Part shown: positions 11,029 to 22,920 of the stretch, one piece after another
Position numbering within the stretch: the stretch's first letter is position 1
Layout: every line of letters starts with the position of its first letter
Source: Prorocentrum cordatum
Lineage: Eukaryota
Length of the DNA: 64,000 bases
Direction: 5' to 3'
Assembly (NCBI GenBank): GCA_963575745.1
Contig: CAUYUJ010000248.1
Coordinates: 558,001-622,000, forward strand
The notes under the pieces: model-generated
What the model saw: only the letters and a program-made list of their open reading frames with translations
Databases searched by the model: none
What the model was told of the DNA's origin: nothing
Translations under genes and position numbers: made by a program

Positions 11029-12715
11029 GAGGCGATTCCCAATGTCGTCTTCCTGACCGGTCCGTGGGACCCACTGAACGTGGTGCAGAGGTCCGCGGAG
11101 GTGTTGCCGAAGGGTGCGGAGTTCCGCTTCTACAACTACTCCCAGATGGACCAGTCGGTCCTGGAGATCTCCCCGCTCCTCGAGCGGGAGGGCGTCTACA
11201 ACGTCTAGGGGGACGAAGAAGGACAGAAACATAAAAGCTCGGAGGTCCGAGCGGATTTCTCGGATCCGAGCTGGACCCCCCTTGCGGCGCCTCCGGCGCC
11301 GCCCCTGGCGCGCTCCGCGCGCCAAGGAGGGGTGTCCAGCGCCGATCCGGGAAATCCGCGCAGACCTCTGAGTTTTTATGTTTATGTCGTTCTTCGTCAC
11401 CCTAAACGTCAGCGACGCCTTCCAGAGCCTGCGCCCACGGTCTTTCCGCACGGACCTGTGGCGCTACATGGTCCTCTGGCAGAGCGGGGGCATTTATTTT
11501 TAAGTCGGGCTTGTCCTTCTTCAGGAGGAAAATTTTCAAATAGTCCAAACATCATCAGGGGACGATGTTTTGATTATGTTGTGCTAGTTTGTTCTACTTT
11601 TTGATAATTTTTTATTTTTCGTCCCAAATCCGCCTGTGGGAGGACACGCCCGACCTAAATCTATCTGGATGCCAAGATTGCCCTTACCGCTCCTGTCTCC
11701 ACCTGGGTCGACCAGCAGCGAGACTCCCTCGCGGTGTGCTGGGACAGGAAGCAGAGAGCCGAGATGTACTGGACCGCCATGCTGGCCGCGCGGAGGGGCA
11801 GCCCAACCCTGCTGGCCATCATAAGGCAGATCGTCTCGAACGTGCAGGCGCGCTACTACGGGCCGCCGCGCGGCGTGGACCACGCCGACCTGTACATCAC
11901 GGGCCGGGGCATGCTGACGGAGGTCCTGCGCAGAGAGACGCCGCGGGGCCTCCGCTCGAGCTGCAGGCTGCACGTGAGCCAGATGTGGAAGGTGAATATC
12001 CCGGAGTCAAAGGTCAGCTCGGTTCGCCTTAAAAACGCCCTGTACGTTTTCGTTAGCGTTTCCTGCTTTGGGCTCTTGACAGGCTGAACACGCAAACAAA
12101 AGCGCTACGTGTTTTTCTGCGTTTTCAGGGCTGTCGGTTGGGCGTTTTGTTTTGTTTCCCCTTCCAGGCTGAAAACGCCGAAGAACTGGAAACGCGAAAG
12201 CAACGAATCATTGTTTTAGCGTTGTAGTTGTTTCTGTTGAGACTTGAAACGCGAAACAATGATTTCCAAGACGCCGAGCTGAAAACGCTAAAGAAAGCCC
12301 TGGGCATATTCAAGGCGGCCCAAGAAGGTCAGGGAGACCACCGGCCGCAAGCGCGTCATTGCGGAGGTCGACGAGGATGTGCACAGGGCCATGCGGTCTT
12401 GCGACAACTGCGACTCCTACGGGTCCCTGTTCCAGCGGCACCAGGTCTACTGCAGCGAGCGGGGTCCCAGGTGAGCGACGCAAAAGAAAACGGGTTCGAC
12501 TGCGCCGACATTCGCGCGTCAGCTCCCCGCGTAAGGTCGCGCGCAAGCGCCCTCGTCTCCAATGTGGTGTGCCGCTCTGGCGGCCCGCGTAAGCTGCGGC
12601 GTACGGCTGCTGTGCCATCTCGCGTGAGACCCGTTTGTGATCGTCGCTCAGGTGCCAATTCTCAGTCACCCCATTGCCGCCGGCAGAGAGGTACGCGTCC
12701 CTGGTGGTCTCGTGA
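11029..12715 (+). CDS. Glycosyltransferase, GT32/Gly_transf_sug-like, 5'-partial; coding blocks 11029-11205, 11411-11491, 11659-12012, 12328-12470, 12652-12715
   Basis: Removing each insert plus one TSD copy gives one open frame: EAIPNVVFLT...AFQSLRPRSFRTDLWRYMVLWQSGGIYLDAK...AMLAARRGSP...LYITGRGML...YGSLFQRHQVYC...LVVS*. DLWRY..L...GGIYLD is the GT32 signature. The last two introns are GT-AG. The first two lack precise canonical sites, so it may be a pseudogene. Confidence 0.8.
11206..11404. mobile_element. MITE family B with ~70-bp TIRs and 6-bp TSD AACGTC, inside the GT gene
   Basis: Start TAGGGGGACGAAGAAGGACAGAAACATAAAAG matches the reverse complement of the end. Related copies at ~10367-10820, 18910-19075, 20675-20884, 20929-21313. 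Confidence 0.85.
11500..11658. mobile_element. MITE family A (hAT-like, ~160 bp, 8-bp TSD), inside the GT gene
   Basis: TTAAGTCGGGCTTGTCC...GGACACGCCCGACCTAA; TSD ATTTATTT/ATCTATCT. Confidence 0.9.
12018..12324. mobile_element. TIR element forming a precise GT-AG intron (12013-12327), TSD AAGGTCAG
   Basis: Perfect 8-bp TSD (12010-12017, 12325-12332) containing AG|GT; imperfect TIRs CTCGGTTCGCCTT/AAGGCGGCCCAAG. Confidence 0.85.
12472..12650. mobile_element. TIR element forming a GT-AG intron (12471-12651)
   Basis: Ends TGAGCGACG...CGTCGCTCA are perfect inverted repeats that supply the splice dinucleotides. Confidence 0.75.
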
Positions 12716-13072
12716 GGCGACGGCCCGTTGTCGCGGGGCTCTCCCCCGCCGCCACCCCGTGCCACGACACCCATCGCCGTCCACGCACGTGGCAGGTCGC
12801 GGCAATGGCGATCCTCGGGACCGAGGCGCTATCCCAGGGGTGGAAAATCGGCTCAAACATAAATACACGCTCATGATCTAGAACATATCTGAACATATGG
12901 GGAATGGAGGGGTGGAGGGCACTCCAGGAAGTACGTACACATCCATGGGGAATCGTGTAAGCAGTGCGATATGTTGTGTTTCGTTCAGGGCTCCCTCTGC
13001 CCCTGCACCTCCTTCGTCCTGGGCGCCCGTTCCGTGCTTCCTGCTTCCTCGGTCCAGGGGCACCTTTTGGCT

Positions 13073-13231
13073 CTAAGTGGGGCCTGTCCCTCCACAGGAG
13101 GAGCATCCAGAATCGCCCAGCGAGAGTATGGGGACGATGGCTTGACCATTCTTGGAACATGTGTGAACCTTTTTGTTGTACCTTGCAGGTCTCCTCCAAC
13201 CCCAGCCTGTTGGGGGACACCCCCGACCTAA
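13073..13231. mobile_element. MITE family A copy
   Basis: CTAAGTGGGGCCTGTCCCTCCACAGGAGG...GGGGGACACCCCCGACCTAA. Confidence 0.8.
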
Positions 13232-15166
13232 CACCCTGGCATCTTGCCGCGTCCTGCGCTCGGGAGTTGTGCCTCGGCGCGTCGCGCGCGCGCGCCGGCC
13301 CTGGCACCGCCGCGCCGCGGCGCGGCGTGCCAACCACGCCCCGGTGTGCAAGCTCTATAGACGACGGCCAGCGGAGAGGAGGCCTGTTGCCAACTGACTC
13401 CCAGATGCCTAAAGCATGCTCAAGACGTGTTTTGAACCCGTAACGAATTTTTCCACGCACACGTTGATGTCAACTAATTTCCAGGTGTCTAGAAATGTTC
13501 AACACATGTCTTGAACAGGTAGAACACATGTTTTAAACATGTGGCTTCATTTTTCCATGCACCTGTTGAAGACATGCCTTTTCAACAGGTATAACACTTG
13601 CCTTAAAACATCTTGAGCACATGTTTAATGTAATGATGGGATTGCTAGGTTGTCCATGGTCCTGGCATCCACCATCCGAGCTGCAGCGTCCCGAGCATCC
13701 CGTCGGGCCTTCCGCCCCACAGGGCGGAGCGCCGCACACCGTCCGCCTACCGGGGAACAGCTTGCCGCGGTGGCCGCCGCCGCGACTCGCTCCTCTCAAA
13801 AGCTCCCGACCGCAGGTGCGTTCCACCTTTGTGCTCCGCGCCCGCGCCAGCGCCCGCGCCCGCGCTCGCGCTCGCGCTCGCGCCCGCGCGAGCAGTTCAC
13901 CGGCCGCCTGAGGTCGCGCGGGCCCGCCCACGAGCCGAGGAAGCGCTGCCTGGGAGTTCCCTGCAGCCCGGACGCCGGAGCGAGGACCGCTCTGGGCTAA
14001 GAAGGGTCTCGCTGTTCCTCAGGTCATGCCATGGTTGTTTCTATAGCTGTTCTCGTGCACCCGGGTTCTTCTGGTGCAACAAATGACCTCGTTCCACACA
14101 CTGAGGGCCTTACGGCCGGCACAGCCAACCCAGAAGGACTACGACAACAGCCACGACGACGACCACCACGACAACGAGAACGACGAGCCCATGACCTTGC
14201 CACACGCTCGGGACATGGGGCGGGCGGTGGAGGAGGAGGAGGAGGAGGAGGAGGTGGAGGAGGAGGAGGAGGAGGAGGAGAGAGAGAGAGGAGATGGAGG
14301 AGGAGGCGGAGGAAGAGGAGTAGGAGAAGGAGGAGTAGGCGGCGGAGGAGGAGTCGTAGAGGAGGAGGAGGAGGAGGAGGAGGTGGAGGAGGACCAGAGT
14401 CAGAGTCAGAGTCAGAGGAGGAGGAGGAGGAGGAGGAGGAGGAGGGGGAGGAGTCCTGAGGTGTTTCGCCGTTTCCGGCCTCTCGGGGCCCTCCACGGGC
14501 CCCCCCTGGGCCCCATGGGCCCTCCACGGCTCCAGGACGGAGAGCTGGTCTCTGGGGGAGACACCGGTGTCCAGGGCCCCTCGGGACCCGTGCCCCCGAC
14601 GCTAAGAGGAAGCGGAGGGAGGGAGACATGTTTTGCATCGCGGCGCGGCGGAGGCGGCCCGCTCGCGCGTGCGGGCGGTGCAGGCGGCGGAGAGCGCAAA
14701 TGGACCCGCGGCAGGCGGAGGGGAGTGAAGACAGGCGACGGCGGCCGCGAGGGAGGAGGGAGGGCGGGGAGGGCACCCACATGGCGAGCTGCGTCGGCCT
14801 TGCGGCACATCTAAGCGTCGGCCTGTTCGGGGATTCGTGTTCGCTGTGTGTGTCGGCCTGTTCGGTGAGTCGTGTTCGCTGTGTGTGTGTTTGTGTGTGT
14901 TTGGTGTTTGTGTGTTTGGTGTGTGTGTGTATGTGTGTGTGTGTGTGTGTGGGTGTGTGGGTGTGTATGTGTGTGTGTGTGTGCGTGTGTGTGTGTGCGA
15001 GGTGCGTCGCCGTGGAGCGGCCGGGGCGGCCAGCCAGTGCTGCACCCCCTGGCAGCGGGCGCGGGGCGGCGTCACGGCGGGACGCCTCGGGCAGCTGGGA
15101 AGTGCGGCTCCTCGGCGCAAGTTGGGCGGCCGCGGGCAGGCACGCTGGTGCCCCACGCCCCTACGC

Positions 15167-15465
15167 TTAAGTCGGGCCTGTCCAAAAACACAGCCAAGAC
15201 GCTGACATAAGGAACAATCTGGATTCGGAAGGGACTCGAGGTTCCTCAGGTTCCTTCTTTGCTGTTCCTTTTGCCCTCCTGGGGCACGGAGGCGCTTTCA
15301 GGGCCAAAGAGGGGCTTCGTTCCTTGTTTATCGTTCCTTCTTTCAGCAGCCCGACTGTAGTATGGGGATGACTGTTTGATTATTTTTGTCCGTGTTCGCT
15401 TTTTGTTGGACTATGTTTTCATTGTTCGTCCAAAATCCGCCTGTAGGGGGACATGCCCGACCTAA
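15167..15465. mobile_element. MITE family A copy with a nested element (CAGCCAAGACGCTG...CAGCCCGACTG; second copy at ~48524-48690)
   Basis: Family A ends; TSD CCCTACGC/TCCTGCGC. The internal ~170 bp recurs at 48.5 kb. Confidence 0.8.
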
Positions 15466-16339
15466 TCCTGCGCCCCTCCGGCGGGCCGGGTCCGTGCGCA
15501 CTTCGGCGTCTACAGAGCCGCCCAGCGGCATTCGGAGACGGCCCTTGCCTCCACTGCCTGTGCAGGGGTGTGCACGGGCGGGGGCGGTGCCCTGTCGCCG
15601 GCGGCCATAGGAAGGCCAGACGTAAAGACTCTGGGCTTGGGGTCCCGGGCCGGTGAGGGGCCGTGCGGCGCGCCGGGATCCTTTGCGCACGCGGTACATT
15701 GACGTTTCTTGTCCTCCCTGCGTCCCGCTTCGGCTTACAAGAAGCACCTTGCTTGCCTCCAGGGTGCCCTGGTTTCGATGGTTTTGCCGTGGAAAGCTCG
15801 ACGTTCCCACACCAAAAATCAATGGACGTCCTGGGGTCTCAGGGTTAAGTTTCCACTGGCCTCCACTGTATGGCCTCCACTGTATGGCATCGGCGTGCGA
15901 GTTCTGCCGGTATCTGGCTGCTGGCTCCCTTCCGGGGGGGAGTCTGGGTATAATTGAGAGACGGCTCGCGCAGGGTTGCGGCTCGGAAGGGGGGTGCCCC
16001 AACTTGCGGGGTGTCTTGCTCGTCGTCGTCCTCTTTTTTGGAGGTTCGCCCACGTCCGGCTTGTATAGCTTAATTCCCGATGGCGCCGAAACGTGTCGCA
16101 TTCACGTCTTATCAGCGCGACGCTGATATCCCGGAATTGTGGGGTTCCCCCCCCCTGCGCATTGATGGGGGCCTGGAAATGCGGTGGCCGCAGTCTCCTC
16201 CTCGGCTGCGAGCTGCCCTGCCGAGGCTCATTCGTTGATTCCGCCCCGGGGTGGCCACGAGGCTGCTCTAGCGCAGCTTCATCTTCACCCCATACTGCTT
16301 GTCCCGGTATTCGGCCGAGGGCGCCAAGGGTTTCAGGCA

Positions 16340-18620
16340 GCCTGTCGCCATCAACAACAGCACCAATAAACACAATAGCACCACCACCACCACCAGCAAC
16401 AGCACCAACAACACCACCACCAACAACAGCAAGCATTTTGAGACTGATCGCTCTTACCTGCTCGCGTGCCATCCCTCAACACGTATATTTCGAACCCTCG
16501 ATGCCTGCCCTCTTCGTCCTCGACCGTACCCCGCCTTGGGGGTGTATCTTTATTACCTGCAGCGCGTATTTCGCGCAGCCCCTGAAGCAGGGGAAAGGGA
16601 TGGCGGATGGAACGAAGGACAAGGGGGAGGGAGGAGGATGCAACATGGGCCAGCAGCAGGACGCACGTGGCAGAACCAGACGGGCAGACCGGGGGGGTAA
16701 ACCCTACCAGGTGGGTCGGGAATGGGGGCCCAGGCGGCCAGGTCGAGCAGTCGGGTAGTTCAAGCGTGCGTCATGCATGAATCGCGAGGAAGTCGCGAGC
16801 GACAGCTCGATTCCCAAATCAATCGTGAGGAAATCCGCATCCAGAGCGTGACTCCTGAATGTCGAGGGCGCGGCGTCCGAATACATTGCGACGAGGTCCC
16901 ACGCGAGAGCGCGATTCCTGAATCAATTGTATGGAAGTCCTCGCGAGAGCAAGATTTGGGAGCCGTTGTTGTTGTAGTTCGGGGGCCAACAACACAGTTT
17001 GACCCGAGTGACCATTATAAAAGAAGCAGGGTTCGAGCCCTGGGGGGGGCACTTCAATTGGAAAACGGAATGGTTACAGGAGGGGGCGATCAACCATAAT
17101 TTTTCTGCAGTAGTAAGGGATCAACCACAAGATCAACAACAACAAAAACACCACCAACAGCAGCAACAACAACATCACCAGCAACCACAACAACAGCATC
17201 GGCAACAGCAACAACAACAACAGCAGCAACAACAGCAAAAACAACACTCATTATATTCCTGCTCAGCTCAATCCTATCCGTTCGAGTGCCATTCAACGTG
17301 CATTTACCAAACTCTCGATGCCCGCCATCTTCGTCTTTGATCGTACCCGTTTTGGGGGGTATATTTTTTCCCCTGCAGTCGGGGACCTTGCAAGCGGCGG
17401 GGCGGCCGCGGACCGTCGGCTAAGCCAGCGGCAGCGCTGATCGGCGGCAGCCCGACCCCAAGAGGGACGGACAGAGGACCGACCGAAACGACGACGACGA
17501 CGACGACGGCGGCGACGACGACGACGAGCGAAAGCGAAAGCGAAAGCGAGAGCGAGAGCGGGAGCGACCGCAAGAGCGACAGCGGGGCCACGAAGGGCAG
17601 GAAGGGGGCCACTGAGGGCGACCGCGGGGCCATGAAAGGTATGCGCACGGGGCCACGAAGGGCGCGAACGAGCGGGAACCACGAAGGGCAGATCATGCGG
17701 GGCCACAGAGGGCAACGACGGGGCCACTGGGGTTTGCGGCGGGGCCTCGTAGGACAGCGGGGGGGCCACAACATGGCGACGGCGTGGCCACGAAGGGCCC
17801 GCGCACGGGGCCGCGACTAGCGCGAACGTGCGGGGGCCACGGACGTCGTGCGTACGTTGGGCCGCAGAGGGCAAGGGCGGGGCCGGTGATGGCAGCAACG
17901 GGGCCACGAGGGGATGCGAGGGGATCGCGAAGGGCTGCAACGGGGCCGCGAGGGGCAGCGACGGGGGGCCACGAAGGGCTGCGACGGGGCCACGAAGGGC
18001 AGCGATGGGGGGCCACGAGGGGCTGCAACGGGGCCACGAAGGGCAGCGAGGGGGCCAAGAAGGCCTGGAACGGGCCCACGACGGGCAGCGAGGGTGCTAC
18101 GAAGTGCTGCAACGTGGCCACGAAGGCCAGCGAGATCCCGATTCCTGAGTAAACTGTGGGGGAGTCCTAAGCGTGAGCGCGACTCCTGGGTGCCTGAATG
18201 TCGGGAGCACGGCGCTTGAGTACATTGGTGGGAAGTCCAACGAAAGAGCGCGATTCTTAAGTACATTGCAAGCGAGTATCTGGCGAGAGCGCGACTCCAG
18301 CTTGCCGAATGAGCGATTCTTGAATAAGTTGTACGTAAGGAAGTCCCAAGCGAGAGCGCGATTCCTTAGTACATTGCGAGGAAGTCCCAGGCGGGAACGG
18401 GGGTCCTGGCTAAATTGCGAGGAAGTCTCAGGCGGGAATCGTTATTGTTGTAATCCGGAGGTTAAACAATCAGTCTGAGCTGAGTGACTTTCCCATTTTT
18501 TAAACCAAAAAGAAAAATAAAAAAGGGTACGGGCCTTTGGGGAAACACTTCAATTAAACAACACTAGTCACATGAGGGGGGATCAACAATAACTATTCAT
18601 TCTGAGTACTGAGAGCTCAG

Positions 18621-18661
<41 letters not shown>
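16340..18661 (+). repeat. Diverged composite repeat with (CAA/CAG)n tracts and GGGGCCACGAAGGGC minisatellite; inverted relative at ~46125-46750
   Basis: 16440-16560 resembles 17260-17375. 16965-17245 resembles 18440-18661 and the reverse complement of 46125-46335. Confidence 0.7.
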
Positions 18662-18662
<1 letters not shown>

Positions 18663-19575
18663 GGGCGGCGACACGGCCACCAGGGGCAGAAACAGGCGCG
18701 GCACGAGGGAGGGAAAAACGGAGGGGGGGAGTCGAACAGCAGACAACGGCACGCACGTGACGAGTTCCAGGCAGAAGGTGCTTCGCCTCCGAGGATCGAG
18801 GGGGTTGCCATCCCTTCCCTGGCGGCTGGCTGGTGGAGGCCGGCGGAGGCAGAAGTCGCCCCTCCAGGAGACGGCAATGTTTGTGTCAGGGCCTCCGGCA
18901 CCCGCCACTCTTTTTCTCGGAGCTCCGAGCAGATATCTTGGATCGGCGCTGGGCCCCCTTTCTTAGCGGCGCTTCTGGCGCCGCCCCCCGGCGCGCGCCG
19001 CGGTGCAACGCCAATCCAGGAATCTGCGCGGAGTTTAGACAAATCATGTTTGTGCTGCTGTTGGGTTTTCCTAGGGAGGGCATGCATCCCCCTGGTCGCC
19101 AATGCGGTGCTCCCCTCCCTGTTTCCATTCCCCCCCCGTACGTTTTTCTGTTGTTTCTCTCTCACACACACACTCTCTCTCTCTCTCTCCACCCCCCTGC
19201 CCTCCCTGCTCCCGCGACGCCCATTTGCCCCGCCACCTCCCCCGCTCAGCCCCCTCCTCTCCCGGATGCAGGTCCGCGCCGTGTCAGCCTAGTGGCCTCC
19301 TCAGCGCGGGCGTTCAAGGTAGAACGCCGCCAGTGGCTCTGGAATCGACCGCTTTCGAACGATCCGCGCTCTCGGAAAGCTGCGATCGCTCAATCGGGAG
19401 GAACAAGCGCACAGGCACAAGTAACCATCGACCCGCAGGAACATGTGGGACAGTATGGGAAGTGGAGGGGGGCAGACGAAATCAAGAAAACATGCGAAAC
19501 TATTGGGATCCCTGGGACTTGTGCCTACATCTGCGTGTGTGTGTGTGTGCCTACATCTGCGTGTGTGTGTGTGTG

Positions 19576-19654
<79 letters not shown>

Positions 19655-19794
19655 GGGGCCCCTTCCGTTCCGGGTGGGCGGCGGCACGGCTCGCGAGGCC
19701 CACGCGCAGGGAGGGCGTCTCGGCCACGGCACCCGCCTGCAGCATACCGCCCTTCCCCCCTCCTCCGACTGCTGCGCCTCCGGAGCTTAGGAGG

Positions 19795-19940
19795 GAAAGA
19801 CACACACAGACACAATGAATCGTCGATTCCCCAGAGAATATGGGACAATATGGGCCGTGGGGGGGGAAGACAAAAACCCAGAAAACTTGGGAAAAGATGG
19901 GGAATCCTGTTATTTGTGTGTGTGTGTATTTGTTTGTGCG
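19795..19940 (+). repeat. Dispersed ACACA...TGTGT-bounded repeat (also ~19400-19560, 22195-22335, 24765-24900, 24985-25135)
   Basis: Shared core CGTCGATTCCC...ATGGGA...GGGGAAGAC.AAAACCCAG...GGGAATCCTG. Confidence 0.75.
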
Positions 19941-20318
19941 TCCCAGGACCCCTTTAGGAGAAGCGTCCCGAAGAGAGTTGTGGTCTTCGGGGAAACGTCT
20001 CGCCAGGAGTCGGCGTCTCCTGCCCAGTTTCTCGCCCCGGCGAGGTCTGCTTTGATCCGTTCCGTGCCGTGCACTCCCCCCTTCTTGGGCATTCTGTTCC
20101 ATTCCGTTCCCCCTCTTGCTAGGGTCCCATTCTCCCAGTTTCGACGTGCGCCCGCTCCTTCCTCGGAGGGACGCCAGCTACACACCACCACCAGCGCTGG
20201 CCCCAGGCCTGTCGTGGGCCCTGCGCAGGTGTGCAGACCTGGCCCAAGCCACGAAGGCCTGTACACCAGTCCAGGGCCGCCCAGGGCTGGTGGTGGTGTC
20301 TTGTTTGGAGCTGTCCCC

Positions 20319-20340
20319 TCCGTAGCCATATCGGCTCGAG
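20319..20340 (+). other. Spliced-leader relic (duplicated at 20501-20521)
   Basis: TCCGTAGCCATATCGGCTCGAG, 19/22 match to DinoSL. Confidence 0.85.
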
Positions 20341-20346
20341 GCAGCA

Positions 20347-20500
20347 TCAAGTCGGGCATGTCCCTCTGCAGGAGGAATGTTCAGAAATAGTCAAGATATA
20401 GTCTGGGGACGATTCTTCAATTTTTTTGAGTCTATATCTTCTGACTAGTTCTTAATGTGTCCTTTCATAGTCCGCCTGTAGGAGGACATGCCCGACCTAA
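20347..20500. mobile_element. MITE family A copy flanked by a 26-bp duplication
   Basis: TCAAGTCGGGCATGTCC...GGACATGCCCGACCTAA between two copies of CCGTAGCCATATCGGCTCGAGGCAGC. Confidence 0.88.
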
Positions 20501-20605
20501 CCGTAGCCATATCGGCTCGAGGCAGCGCTCTGGCGCACGTCGGCGTGGCATCCCGCGGCGCGAAGGTCACCGCGGGGGTCGCGGCACCTGGCATGCGGCC
20601 CGCGC

Positions 20606-21792
20606 ATGGAGGAGGAGCTGTGCCGACACGGCTTGGTGCACGAGACCGTCGGTGACGCTTTCGACGCGGAGGACTCGAGGAAGGAGAAACGCCACGAGCA
20701 TAAAAATGTTGGCGCTCCGCGCGGATTTCTTGGATCCGCGCTGGGCCCCCCCGGCAGAGCCTCGGGCGGCGCCCCTGGCACGCTCCGCGCGCCAGGGAGG
20801 GGGGGTCCAGCGCGGACCCAAGAAATCCGCGCGGAGCGCCAAGAGTTTATGTTCATGGTGTGTGTTTGTTTGGTTCTTCTTCTAAGGACAGCGCAGACTG
20901 GGCTTCGAATTTGCGGCAGTCGCTCTTCCCGAGGAAGGGAACGCGGCATACAGACAACTTCTCCGAGCTCCGCGCGAATGTCTCCGAGAGCGGCGTTGGG
21001 CCCCCATGTGGCGGCGCTCCCGGCGCCGCCCTGCCGCACGCCAGGGAGGGGGCCCAGCGCCGATCCAAGAAATCTGCGCGGGCTCCGATAATGCGGGATG
21101 ACGATTAATGAAAATATGGGAGGGAACGATTAAAGCATAGTTTGCTGCTAGTTCTGCACAATCTTCTGACTGGAGGAGAACGATTAAAAACATAGTTTTC
21201 CAGCCCGCGGCCGGTTTTTTTCCAATCGTCATCCCGGGCGCTTGCGTGACCGGGGGTCATTTACTAATCGTCATCCTCCATTACTTTTTCATGTATGCAG
21301 TTTTCTCCTCCTGCCCTCACGAGCGAGTCGTTCAACACGCTGCACCGGTACTCCCTGGACGTGGCGAAGACGCCGTTTCCGCGGTACGTGGTGCCCGCGC
21401 TGCTGGCAGCCGTCGAGCGGCCCCTGCTCGGGCACTTCGGCCTCAGCGCGGGCGACCTCACCCTGGACTCCGGCTTCTTCATCTCCTACGAGGAGGGCTC
21501 CAATCAGGTCTTGCGGCGGCACGTCGACAAGTGCCTCTTCACCCTGAACCTCTTCCTCGAGGCCTCCGAGGACTTGAGGGGCACCGAGGTGCGCTTCCAC
21601 GGCCTGAGGCGCCTGCGCACGAACGACAGCGTCGAGGGTGGGCCAGAGACGATCGACTTCGGCAGCTTTGCGCCCGGCACCGTCCTGATGCACTGGGGCC
21701 AGCACGAGCACGAGACCCTGCCCTGGAGGGGCGGCGTGCGGAGCAGCGTGGTGCTCTGGTTTCGCCACGACGGGCCTGCGGTCCGGGAGTGA
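20606..21792 (+). CDS. 2OG-Fe(II) oxygenase family protein (PLOD/OGFOD2-like fold); exons 20606-20671, 20887-20933, 21324-21792
   Basis: HxD...H...R motifs: LRRHVDKCLFTLNLFL...GTEVRF...GTVLMHWGQHEHETLPWRGGVRSSVVLWF. Two AG|GA...AG introns join in frame; the second boundary is less certain. SL relic ~85 nt upstream. Confidence 0.8.
21089..21283. mobile_element. MITE family C nested in a family B copy (inverted copy at 23573-23776)
   Basis: TIR TAATGCGGGATGACGATTA / TAATCGTCATCCTCCATTA. Confidence 0.85.
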
Positions 21793-22389
21793 GGCGCGGC
21801 CACGCCGGGCCACGCAGGGCCACGCTTTGGGCTCGAGGTGGCCTGCGTTGCTGTGGTGGGGCCGGTGGTGCAGCGGCCGAGCGGCCGTGGGAAGGCGCCC
21901 TGTGCGGCCCCTTCGTGGACGCCGTGCGCGCCGCTCCGCAGCCAGTGCGGCGACTCCTGCGCTGGAAAGCAGATGTGCCTGTTTTTTGCTCTGCCCTCTC
22001 CCCCACCCTCCCACGCGTCCCTCTTCTTTTTGAGTCTCCGGTGCTCCTCCTGCCGTTCTCCCCCCCAGCCTCGCTTCCTTCGCCTCGCCCTCGCCCCTCC
22101 CCTTCCGCTCCTCCCCCCGCTGCCACGTCTGCCCGCCCACCCTGCCACGCCACCCTTCTCAGTCCCTCTCGGGGGAGCTCGCCATGAGTCAGGAGGGAAA
22201 AAACACACAGACCCAATTAAGCGTCGATTCCCGGAAAAAATGTGGGAAACTATTGGAAGCGGGGGGGAAGACAAGAACCCAGGAAATACGGGAAACTCTG
22301 GGGAATCCTGCTATTTGTGTGTGTGTGTGTGTATTTATTGAATCGCTTCGCTCACTCCGCCGGCCCATTTCGCATGACTGAGCCTCTTA

Positions 22390-22920
22390 GGGCCGCTGGG
22401 GGGCCTCTTCAGCGTCGCTTGGGGGCTTCCTGAGGGCCTCTTGGGAGCTTTTGGGGCCTCTCAGGGGCCTCTTGAGGCCTCCTGGGGGCTTCTTAAGGCC
22501 GAGGGCTCGAAGTTTTGTTTTGTGTTCCCCCTTTGGGGCATCGCTTGGGGCCCTCTTGGGCCCCTCTTGGGCCGTCTTGGATGCCTCTGGGGCCGTCTTG
22601 GAGCCCTCTTGGGCCATCTTGGGGCCTTCTTGGGAGCTTCGTGGGCCCTCTTGGGGCGATCTTGGGGGCCTCTTGGGCCGTCTTGGGGCGTTGGGAAGCC
22701 GAAAAGATGGACACGCCAAAAAATCTGCCCAAAACCTAAGGAAAAGCAATGAATGTTGCCTCTTGGGGCCCTCTGGGGAGTGCTCTTGGAGGCCTCTTGG
22801 GGCGTCTGGGGGCCATCTTGGGCGTCTTGGGACGATCGTGTGGCATCTCGGAGCACTCTTGAACCATCTTGGAGGGTTCTTGGCGGTCTCGTGGCCCTTC
22901 TTGGGACTCTCTGGAGGGCC
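22390..22920 (+). repeat. GGGGCCTCTTGGGCCGTCTT-type degenerate minisatellite (also ~33400-33560, 37620-37930, 42650-42825, 53870-53990)
   Basis: Recurrent ~10-11-nt motifs. Confidence 0.75.
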
